Notes under the pieces: model-generated
Told to the model about the DNA's origin: nothing
Seen by the model: the letters and a program-made list of their open reading frames with translations, nothing else
Database searches by the model: none
In this document: positions 51,251-61,699 of the stretch, in pieces
Layout: every line of letters starts with the position of its first letter
Position numbering within the stretch: position 1 is the stretch's first letter
Position numbers and translations under genes: made by a program
Source: Cenococcum geophilum
Taxonomy: Eukaryota
Assembly (NCBI GenBank): GCA_050273025.1
Contig: CP158636.1
Span: 3,224,001-3,288,000 of the forward strand
Direction: 5' to 3'
DNA: 64,000 nucleotides

Positions 51251-53250
51251 CCACACGATAACCGTTTGAACGACTAGCCAGCGAACACGATAAACGATTT
51301 GATTGATTGATTGAATTAAGGTGACATAGACAGGTAGGCATAGATAGGTAGGTATAGACGGGTAGGTATAGACAGACAGATAGGTAGGTAGGTAGGTAGG
51401 CAAGTAGGCAGGTAGGCAGGCAGGCTGGTAGGTAGGTAGGTAGGTAGGTAGGTAGGCAGGCAGGCAGGTAGGTAGGTAGGCAGATGATTTAGAGCCTCCG
51501 CGAGAGGCTTCCCCTTAACGCCTAAAGTAGATAGCTCTATATTTTATATAGTTATAATATAAATATATTTAAAAGTATACTACAGAAATCTATGGAAATA
51601 TGTAATAATTTGGTTATTATATAATATAATTATAATTTATATAGTTACAATTTGTACAGTTTTTACAATTCGTACAATTCGTACAATTTGTACAATTTAT
51701 ATAATTTGTACAATTCGTATAGTTTTTATAATTTGTATAATTTGTATAGTTTGCGTACTATTTATTTATAGGGTAGCATTTTGCCGTAATTTGCTATTAG
51801 GTGCTATAAATTTGTTATAAAACGCGCAAATTGCTGTTAGGGTGCTGCAAACTTGTTGCAAAACGTGCGTTTTACGTAAATTGCTATCAACCATATCCAC
51901 CTGCCGCAACCGTACGGTTTGTGGCAATTTGCTGTAAACCGCAACAACGAGCCCCAAAAAAAATTTCCTGATGTAAGGCTATAGTAAATTAGTAAGAACT
52001 AGAAAATATAATATAGTTAAGGTTATTTCTAGGGTTCTGCAATTACTATAGAAGGTTTATAGCTTAATAGTTAAAGAATATTAAGCCACTTATAAGATTA
52101 ATAAAGAAGGAAGAACTATAGGCATAGGGAGAGGAACAAAAGGAACTATTTAAGAAAATTAAATAGTTATTTACCTAGGAGCCAGTTCTTAAAATCTATT
52201 AACTATAGTTAAAGATAGTAGTTAAAACATATATATTAGACTATACACTAAAAGCGTGCTTCCTATAGAAATATTAAAATAGATAGCACCTAGTGGCATA
52301 CTATAGTTAAAAGATAATACTACCGGAACTAAACTATAACATCTACAATAAGGGGTTATTAGGTATAGTTATAGTATTAAAGGAATAGAGATTATTTTTA
52401 TAAGGTATAGAAAAACTATTTATAGTTAAGATAGATTATAAGAACCTAACGGGGTTCCTAATAATAAAAGAACTTAATTACAGATAGGTTAGATAGGCGG
52501 AGATGCTTACAGAATACTATTTTAAGATTTAGTATACTAAAGGTATAGAGAATACACGAGCAGATGCTTTAAGTAGAAAGACTAAACTATAAAATAATAA
52601 AAAGCCATTAGGGGCTTTACTGCGAAAAGACATAGATAGATTAATTAGGTATAATTATCCAAAGATTATAGTAATATAAGAAGAGAAGATCTATAAATTA
52701 CTAGAGAGTAATTAGATATAAAAGATCCTAAATATATAAATAGAGGATCCAGACTTAGAGTAGTATAAAAATTAAGAAGCGATATATGTACTAAGAGCTA
52801 TTATAAAGGAGTTTATTAAGTTATTTTATAAAGGACTAACTTAAGGATATAACGGAGCTATAAGCTTAGTGTTAAGACTTTAAGAGGAGTATATTATTAA
52901 TAGAATCTAGGGACTAGCCAGGTAAGTTATAAAAGAATATCTAAATTACTAAAGAAATAAACTAACAAGGCATAAGCTATATAGAGAGCTATAACCTATT
53001 AAAATACTAGAGAGACTATAGGAGGTTATATTATAGGACTTTATTATTAAATTACTAAAGTTAAGAGATCCTATTACCGGACAAGATTATAATATAATCT
53101 TAGTAATAGTAGACAAGCTTATAAAGTGGGGATACTTTATAGCATATTTAGAAGAAATATTAGCGGAAGATATTACTAGAATCTACGTTAAAGAAGTGTT
53201 TATAAGATATAAAGCACTAAGTAAAATTATATTGGATAGAGATCTAAGAT

Positions 53251-53518
53251 TGTTCGTACTAACTTAATAGCACGAGTGAGTCGTATCCACGGGCACGAAA
53301 TACATGTAGTATCGTATGCTTGTTTAGATGGTGACTGTCGATTGTATAAAGCAGACTACGTGGTCTATATACTGATGCACCTCCCCCCTAATTAGTCAGT
53401 GCTTCATAAGTGCACCAGACGCGTAAGCGAGTGGTTGGTGCACTGAACGCGTAAACGCGTACCTGGTGTACCGAACGCGTAAGCACGCGTTTGGTACAAC
53501 AGGTGCTGTAATTATACA
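53251..53518. mobile_element. Solo LTR (268 bp) inserted in the Gypsy integrase
   Basis: TG...CA ends with 5-bp TSD AAGAT; removal restores DxRFxAAF; unrelated to the other LTRs here and little RIPed. Confidence 0.85.
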
Positions 53519-54379
53519 AAGATTTATAGCAGCATTCTAGGAAGTATTCTTAGCAGAGTAAGGGGTTTAAGTAGTAACTTCCACTATATATTATCCACAG
53601 ACAGACGGTTAAATAGAAAGATTAAATTAGATACTAGAATAGTATTTAAGGCATTATATTAATTATGCATAGAATAATTAGGTATCGCTATTACTAGTTA
53701 TATAGTTTATATATAATGCAACACTATAAGAAGGAATGGGTATATTACTATTTAAGGCGAATTACGGATATAAGCCAAGGACCTTATTATCGCTATAGTA
53801 AGTAAAGAAAATAAGTAGTATAGCTAAAAAAAAGAATAAAGACGTTAATAAATCTTTATATAAACCTTATAGAAATAGCTAAGGTAGTATAGCAAAGAAT
53901 AAAAAGGTATTACGATGCTAAGAGATCTAAGGGACTAGATCTTAAGGAGGGAGATAAAGTATGGCTACTATACAAAAATTTTAAGAGTAAACGACTAAGT
54001 AAGAAGTTAGACTATATTAGACTAGGACCTTTTAAAATTATATAGAAAATTTTATCAGTTATATTTAAGTTAAATCTACTAGCTAGGATAAAGATCTACC
54101 CTATATAGTATATCGCGATGCTAAAGCTAGTATATAGGAATATTAAGCCACCGGTTTATAAAGTAGATATATATAGAGGACAAAAGGAAGACAAATAGTA
54201 AGTTTTAAAGATTGTTAGTTATAAGAATATAGACGATAAAATATAGTATAAAGTAAAGTGGATAGGCTATAATAAGACTACCTAGGAGCTACTAGAGAAC
54301 CTAAAGAACGCTATAGGAAAGGTATAGGAGTATTAGAAGAGAAAAGGTCAGGCAATATTAATAAAGAAGAATCGCTAAA

Positions 54380-54965
54380 GAACGAGTTACCTAAGGGGGA
54401 CCTAGGAAGAGCAACTGCCGAATTACTTAGAGTTATTTCCTTCTCTATTAGAAGAGAATCCGTTCTTTTATTACCAAGTTCCTATAGACCTTATTCTATA
54501 AGTTTCTACTCCTTAAAATAAACCTTTTTATAAACTTTCTTAAGACAAAGTAAATAGGTAGATGCCGCAATATAAGCATCTAAGGCCTTCTGTTCCGTAT
54601 CCTAAGAACACTTAAGCTCTACAAGGGCCTACGCTAGGTTATTATTAAGCTTTACAGCAGCAAATTAAACACGAGACCCTATAATAAATTACTTAGGGAA
54701 TTTAAAGACTATTAAGAGTTATAGGACGCGTATACTTAGCGTTAAAAGAAGAGCGAATATCGCAAGACAATTAAATATTTGCTTTAGTGCACTCTAAATA
54801 AAAAGAGGGCTGTTAAGATAAAGGATTTACCAATGTAATACAAACCAACCCCTTTTTCGCACAACGAGAATATAGAGATGATATTATTTCACTAAGCGAT
54901 AAGATTACAGTAATAGTGTGGGCACAACGTTGCGCGTATAAAGAAGAAGAAGGTGCTTTAGGTAT
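54380..54965 (-). pseudogene. RIPed antisense accessory ORF of the Gypsy with a Zn2Cys6-like cysteine cluster
   Basis: (M)PKAPSSS...(C)SRCAKKGLVC-x13-(C)LEC-x8-C; two Cys codons appear as TAT (restorable from TGT). 3' limit is approximate. Confidence 0.55.
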
Positions 54966-55970
54966 TATAAGTAATAATATTAACCAAATTAATTAGATGG
55001 ATATTATACCTCTAGTAAACAACTTAGAGATACTAGGTATCTTTAAGGACGAAGATAAAGAGAAGGGAGATAGTGTTACGAACGCTTTAAGTACAATATT
55101 ACGACTACTTAGAGAAGAGTTAGAGGAAGCTAGTTAGTTAATATAAGCATAGTCTAGGATAGAACCCGTAGAACTATATAATAAGGAATAGTAGCTAAGG
55201 TTACATAACGTACTACGTATTAAACGTAAGGAATAAGAGGAACTTATATACTTTATATATAACACATATATTATATATAAGGAGGATTTTATAGGAGTAT
55301 GGTTATGTATTTAAGGACCCTTAGTCCCTACCTAGATAGTTCCTTCCTTGTAGTAATTCTCAAAATATAATTAAAGTTAATCTATTAGGCAACTACTCCA
55401 CCAGTTATTATTACGTTATTAGCTGCTGTCTTTGCGTTTCCTATACACCTAGCTTGTTAACAGAACCCGTTGTAGTTCCTGCTATAGGGTTCCGTTACAA
55501 TATAAGGGTAAGAATACTCTACGCGTTAGCGCGTAGTTTGGCATTATTTATAACGTTAATCTTTATATAACTAATTAATAGCATTTTTAAGATATATAGG
55601 ATGCTGCTAGAGAAGCTATGCCCTAAGGGGGGGTTTCTATTTTCCTATATACGCAGATATAGACTAGGGAGAAGAGGTAGAGAAAGTATATTTATTAGCC
55701 ACTTAGTAAGAGCAAATAAGTAACTTTGCCGTATAGGGTAAATATATAGGCGTATAGCTGGGCTAATAGGCTAATAGTACGCGTGTATTAGCGACTTAAT
55801 TAATAGGGGTAAAGATATTTAAAGATATCCACGGCTTGGCTATAGGCTCGGCCGTAAATATCCGCGAATATTAATAGGGGTTGTATGTATTACGTGCGGC
55901 TTAGTGACTAAGCGGGCGCTCAGCCAAGCCGTAAACACTACTATATGCGTCGCTTACTAAGATAAGTATA

Positions 55971-56376
55971 ACGTAATCTATAAGCGAGTGGTCGACATAA
56001 GTAAGTAGTCTATCCTAGAAACTTACTAAAAAACCTAAAAATCGTTCTTTAATATCTTAACAACGGCTTAATAATAAATTATAAAAATTTATAATTAGAC
56101 TTTTATACTTACTTTAAGACCTCTATTAAAGTTTTAAGGTAATTTAATAAGTTTTTAAGATATAATAATTAGATTTAAATTTAAAAGCGAAACCTTAATA
56201 TATTAATAATAGCTAAACTAATTACTTTAAAACTTTAATAGAGGCCTTAAAGTAAGTATAAGAGTCTAATTATAAATTTTTATAATTTATTATTAAGCCG
56301 TTGTTAAGATATTAAAGAACGATTTTTAGGTTTTTTAGTAAGTTTTTGGGGTAGACCACTCGCTTGTAGATTACGT
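55971..56376. mobile_element. Fot1/pogo-type MITE, almost wholly palindromic
   Basis: TA|ACGTAATCTATAAGCGAGTGGTC ... GACCACTCGCTTGTAGATTACGT|TA with long inverted arms. Confidence 0.85.
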
Positions 56377-56379
56377 TAA

Positions 56380-59099
56380 ATGTTACCTCAGCGAGCTCAG
56401 ACGTGATTTTTTAGCTAGCGTCGGAATAACCTACGCCGTCTTCCGAATTGCAAAATCACGTCTAAGAGCCTTTGGCGAGATTTATTAAAATTATAACCAA
56501 AATCCGCTAAGCGGAGATTGCGGATATCTATCTAATTCATTTATTTATATAACGCATTATTATTACTAAAAGTTAATACAATATTTTCAAGACTTGGGGC
56601 TTCTAAATGGTATAAATTTTATAATATGGCTATTGCCTAGTCCTAATATTAATTTCGTTAAAGTTAAAAAACGCATTATTAAAATTATAACTATATATTA
56701 TATCTTATTAAATAGTCTACTAATATTAATAAAACTATATAGATGTGTAGATATCTACTACTTAAAGCTATTGCAATACCTAGGAGGTGCTATAGTTGGG
56801 TCCTTCCTTAAAAATATCCTCCATTGGCCTAGAGTGCCTCTGCTACTACTAGGGGGTAAGCTTTGGGCAGAGCCTCGTGCAGAGTCCTAGTAGAGCTTCG
56901 TGCAGAGCTTCGTGCGGAGCTTCGTGCAAAGCTTCGTGCAAAGCTTCGTGCAGAGCTTTGTGCAAAGCTTCGTGTAGAGCTTCGTGCGGAGCTTCGTGCA
57001 AAGCTTCGTGCAAAGCTTCGTGCAGAGCTTTGTGCAAAGCTTCGTGTAGAGCTTCGTGCAGAGCTTCGTGCAAAGCTTCGTGCAGAGCTCCGTGCAGAGC
57101 TTCGTGCAGAGCTTCGTGTAGAGCTTAATGCAGAGCTTCGTGCAGAGCCACGTGCAGGCGTGCAGACGTGTAGATGTGCAGACGTGCAGACGTTCGTACG
57201 GGCGGTCAGTTGCAGAGACGTTTGTAGAGACGATTGTATGGGCAATTGATCAATTGATTGTATGGGTGTTCGTACGGGCGTTCGTACGGGCGATTGTAGA
57301 ACCTTCCTAGTATATTAGTGCTGCGTGTTAGTAGAGCTTTGGAGCTCTATATAGGGCTTCGAGCAGAGCCTCGAGCAGAGCTTCGAGTAGAGCTTTTACA
57401 GAGCTTCGTACGGAGCTTCGTGCAGAGCTTTTGCAGAGCTTCGTGCGGAGCTTCGTGCAGAGCTTTTGCAGAGCTTTGGTAGAGCTCCGTGCAGGTCTCC
57501 CCCTGAGTTTCGTTCCGCAGAGCTCTCGCAAAGCTCCACAGCTCTACGTAGAGGGCTGGCGGGCGTGGGCGTAAGCGTTCAGCGTTGGTGTTTACTGAGC
57601 GGCTCAGCGGTGCAGAGGTAGAATTAGGTTATCTCAGTAAGCGACTCAGGCGGCAAACGAGATAAATCTCGCTAGTACTTAACTAGTATAGCTTTATATA
57701 AAACCCCTACTAGCTTTATTAAACCCCTGCTAGCGTTATATAACCCCTGTACTTATAAGCGCTGTCTCATTTGCCGTCTGAGGGCCTTTGGTGCGAAAAT
57801 GTATGGAGGTCGACTTAAGACTGGTATCTCTTTCCCACCTTTTCTACTGCCCTACTTTTACCCTAAATAACTTATTTTAAAAATCTAATTAATTATATAA
57901 CTAAAGCTACTTTTTAAAAATATTTATATAAAAACCCTATAGCATAAAAGTAAGTTATTAAAATTACAGGTAGAAAAATATAAAGTGACTTTTTTAGGTT
58001 GACTTATGAGATTTTAAAGTAACAAGTTTAGATAAAGTGCGACCGACTACCTATATCTAATATCCCACATAATATAGCTACAACGTTATTATTTAATGCA
58101 ATAAATAGAGAAGCTAAAGAGCTCCTACCTTGTAGTATTTTTATAATAACTAGACGTTATAAAAGGGTTGAGGTACGGCAGTAAAAAAGGTAATTTTGGT
58201 GTATTTTGGATAAAATGCGACTGACTGCCTATATCTAATATCCCACATAATATAGCTACAACGTCGTTATTTAATGCAATAGATAGAGAAGCTAAAGAGC
58301 TCCTACCTCGTAGTATTTTTATAATAACTAGACGTTATAAAAAGGTCGAGATACGGCAGTAAAAAAGGTGATTTTGATGCTGCATTACTAGAGCCTCGCC
58401 TAGGCGCGATTTTGTCGCAAAAACGTTACAAAATCTACCCAAATCTTACCTAGTTAACAGTTTTATATTTTAATAAAAATCTAATCAATTATAGAGGGCA
58501 CTAGTCTAATTCGACTTATGGGCTTATTAGGTTAAAAAGGTATTGTTAGGGAGTCAAATATATAGGAGAGAGTGTCTCTCATACAAAATTGCGAAAATTG
58601 AAGTTGAGCACCATGGGGTTCCGCACCATAGGCCCTTAGACGGCAGGGCAAACTTAAGGTCGGTAGATAGCTGATTGGTTAAAAAAAAGTGGCGTTTTTT
58701 AGAATAGAGACTAGTAATACTTTAGTATTAGTGAGTGCGCCTTAAGTTCTGCCCTTGCCGTCTGAGTCGCTTACTGAGATAAGTATTAGGGCTTCTACAG
58801 CGACGAATTCCTCTTAACGTCGCGTGCGTATAAGGAGCTAAAGATCTCATAACTTATAGAGTAGGCTTTTCTCTATAATTTGGTATAATTTTTATATCAA
58901 CAGGTATTATAGGAGGGTAGGTTAATTTCGTTAAAGTTAGTAAGGTTTTCTCATATAAACTATATTTAGGTTTTCCTACAAATCTCGCCAAAGTCTCTCA
59001 GACCAAGAAAACGATTACCGTCCTAAATCAGCTTAGCGGACGGTGCGGATATTCCTATATCCGCAATCGATTTCTTGGTCTGAGCTTCTGAGGTAACGT
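56380..59099. mobile_element. Composite non-coding TIR element containing the 12-mer satellite unit (56850-57545) and inner TIR pairs (57630-58782)
   Basis: Ends ATGTTACCTCAGCGAGCTCAGAC / GTCTGAGCTTCTGAGGTAACGT flanked by TAA; subterminal inverted CTTTGGCGAGATT; inner TIR TATCTCAGTAAGCGACTCAG; about 178-bp tandem duplication at 58036-58375. Confidence 0.6.
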
Positions 59100-59177
59100 T
59101 AAATGTACACTGACTGCTTACATCAGCAGCTAGCTGCCAGCGACGCCACACTGACCCAAGATCACAAGCCTCTAATT

Positions 59178-61507
59178 ATGGATGAGGATTGTCCTTTGTG
59201 TCCTTCCTCTTTGTTCTATTACAAGCACAGTGAGTCTGAGCCGACCGGACAGGAACGCCATGAGCTGTTTCATCGACCATGTCCCGCTTGTTCTCTCGCA
59301 ATGTCTCAGGAAGAGTCCATTTGTGACTTCTGCCAGCATTTACGACTTAAGCATCTCATAAGATGCGTCAAACCTGAGACCCGCATGGGATTTCTGTTCC
59401 CTTTACGGAAAGGGCTGGCGGAAGATTATATTGTGTCAAAATGTCCACTTTGCCGTATTGTAAACCACATGATTGTGGTTGGCCTTATCGCGGAGCAATT
59501 ATCCGAAATCAAAGGAACAAACTACGATATCATTCTCTATCTGGGACCATCTCAAGATCCGCAATCGGGGGCGTCGAGCATTCTCTCGGCGGATATTTAT
59601 GCATCTTATCCTGAGGGAGATGGCATGTCAAATATTTGGGTTGGCGATCTTCACATAACCGATATTAATAAAAGTAAGGCTTGGCACCTTAATCTACATA
59701 ACCGCTTTACTAAGGAAGGAAAGGCTTCGCTGTGCCGCTTGTTGGGGAAATGATGTCCTGGGCCCGTTTGGAGGACAAGATAAATGAATGTTATGAAACA
59801 CATAGTGAGTGCCAGAATGAAGCCAGAGGCTGTCTACCTAAAGGGTTCCGAGTCATCGACGTGATTAGGCGATGCCTTGTTGAAACAAACGAGTGTCGCT
59901 TTGTTGCCCTAAGTTACGTATGGGGCTTGAATACACGGTCATCCCTACTTACAGCCTCCCGTGCCACAATTAACGGAATGAAGAAAGAAGGCGGACTCCC
60001 TCCTTTAGGAATGCCCCGGACAATAGAGGACGCAATTAGAGTCTGTGTTCAATTAGGCCAGAGATATCTGTGGGTAGACCGACTCTGCATTATACAAGAT
60101 GATGGCGAGGACAAAAAAAATCAAATTGAGGTAATGGAAGAGATCTATTCCTCGGCACAGCTTGTGCTCATAGCTGCTTACGGTGATAGCATGGATTTTG
60201 GGATCCCCGGTGTTGGCCACCTACGGAAGGCAGTCCAGCATCATGAAGATATCCTCGGTTTTCGAGTTACAAATGTCATCCGAGAGGTCGAAGATGATCC
60301 TCTTAATTTATGGCACACCCGCGGATGGACATACCAGGAAGCTGTTCTCTCGAGAAGGCGGCTCTACTTTACGAGTACCCGAGCCTTCTTCGAATGTGAG
60401 CAGTTGATGTGCCAAGAGGATCAGTTCAACGAGGGAAATAGTCATAATGAGCTCACCTCGACCAAGCTGATTATCCCCGAGGATAATTCGCGTTTTCAAT
60501 CCTTTACGCGACATCTTATGCATTACACTTCCCGCAAGCTCTCTTATCGGTCTGATGCTTACAATGCCTTAAATGGTATCTTAAAGTCGCTATATGATGG
60601 AAAGAACGCGTTCTTATATGGGTTACCTCAGGTGGACTTTGACCGAGCGCTTTTATGGTACCCTGATATCGGTAAAAATTTGATAACCCGCCTGGAAACC
60701 CAGGCAGCAGTCTTACCAACATGGTCATGGTCATCGGTCATGAGTCTTTCCGATCACGTTCAGTATCAAGCAACGGATTTCTATGGGACTCTAGTCCCTT
60801 GGTATCAAATACATGGCTCTTTCCCACCTGCTTCTATGGAAGCCGTCAATACTCACCTAGATTCTAATATGGGTGATGATTGGCAGGTTTATATGGCGAT
60901 TGCTTGTAGTGATGGATGCGTGGAGAATGTCTCATTCCCTTTTCCCCTGAAGACCAACAATTTTTCAACCGTGCGTAGGATGTTCAATACACGCTGGAAA
61001 GATTACTATACGTTCTGCAAGGAAACAATACTGTTGGCCATTAAGGCGACTGAATACCCACAAACGAAGGATGGCATTATTATGGATGGCACAAAACCGG
61101 GAGTCATTGTGACAAGATGCCAAGCAACGTTTCTCCGACTGGCACCAAAGTCTGCGACGTATTCTTTAAATATCGTTAACTCAGAAGGAAGGCGGATCGG
61201 CGAACTTTGTGGAGACGCAGCTAAACTTAGAGAAGAAGTGACCTCGCCCGGGTACGACAAAAGCGTCAAGTTGGAATTTATCGCACTCTCATTGTCCGGC
61301 GAAACGATCCGGGCCTACTCGAGCGAGGAGCTGCGGGCGAAAAAGTACTTTGATATTGATGGCAACTCACTGGCTAAGGTACCTATCGTCAACGTGCTGA
61401 TGATTGGTTGGGAAGGAAGTTTTGCACATCGCCAGGAGCTTGGTTGGATATACCTTATCGATTGGGTCAATCTGCACCGAGAGTGGAAGGTAGTCATGCT
61501 TGAGTGA
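59178..61507 (+). CDS. HET-domain (heterokaryon incompatibility-type) protein; intron 59674-59723
   Basis: FVALSYVWG, MPRTIEDAI...RYLWVDRLCIIQDD, MEEIYSSA, WHTRGWTYQE, PTWSWSS; Cys-rich N-terminus; frame-restoring 50-bp GTAAGG..AAG intron. Confidence 0.9.
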
Positions 61508-61699
61508 CACAAGTAGAGCACGGTTGGCCGTGTAATATTCCATCTGTTCCGCAAGGAAGTCCCGCAGCTACAAGGGGTTTTTTTTTCCATGACGTGACCA
61601 AAAAAAGGAAATGCCTCGATATACAGTCCCTCGTTAAAAGTCTCCGTGCCAAGCATATACTAAAAATGACACTCCCTGCTAAATTACTATACGACAACC

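Larger units (their letters stand above)
49270..51973. mobile_element. Non-autonomous TIR element (CATCAGGAAATTTTTTTT ends, TA TSD) carrying a 1-kb 12-mer satellite and 20-mer and 4-mer arrays
   Basis: Interrupts the Gypsy RT at ...AAAAAGAT TA|...|TA AGGCT; matching TIRs; shares an internal module with 40245-41752. Confidence 0.85.
43458..55499 (+). mobile_element. Ty3/Gypsy chromovirus, RIP-inactivated; 426-bp LTRs at 43458-43883 and 55074-55499; three nested inserts
   Basis: TSD ATATA; purine tract before the 3' LTR. Gag zinc knuckle at about 44940, protease ALVDS at about 48111, RT YPLPLI and YL(D)(D)III at about 49077, RNase H, integrase, chromodomain at about 54190-54340. Confidence 0.92.
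29144..55943 (-). mobile_element. Crypton copy 2, inverted relative to copy 1, split into four pieces (29144-30792, 38521-38996, 42958-43457, 55500-55943) by nested insertions
   Basis: Each piece is the reverse complement of the matching part of copy 1, and the pieces rejoin seamlessly once the TSD-bounded inserts are removed. Confidence 0.88.

Noticed and set aside
20233..61507. Starship giant element (tyrosine recombinase at one end, HET gene as cargo)
   Set aside because: The recombinase is Crypton-type with GCR1_C and is bounded as a 3-kb unit present twice; no DUF3435 captain or enclosing boundaries seen.
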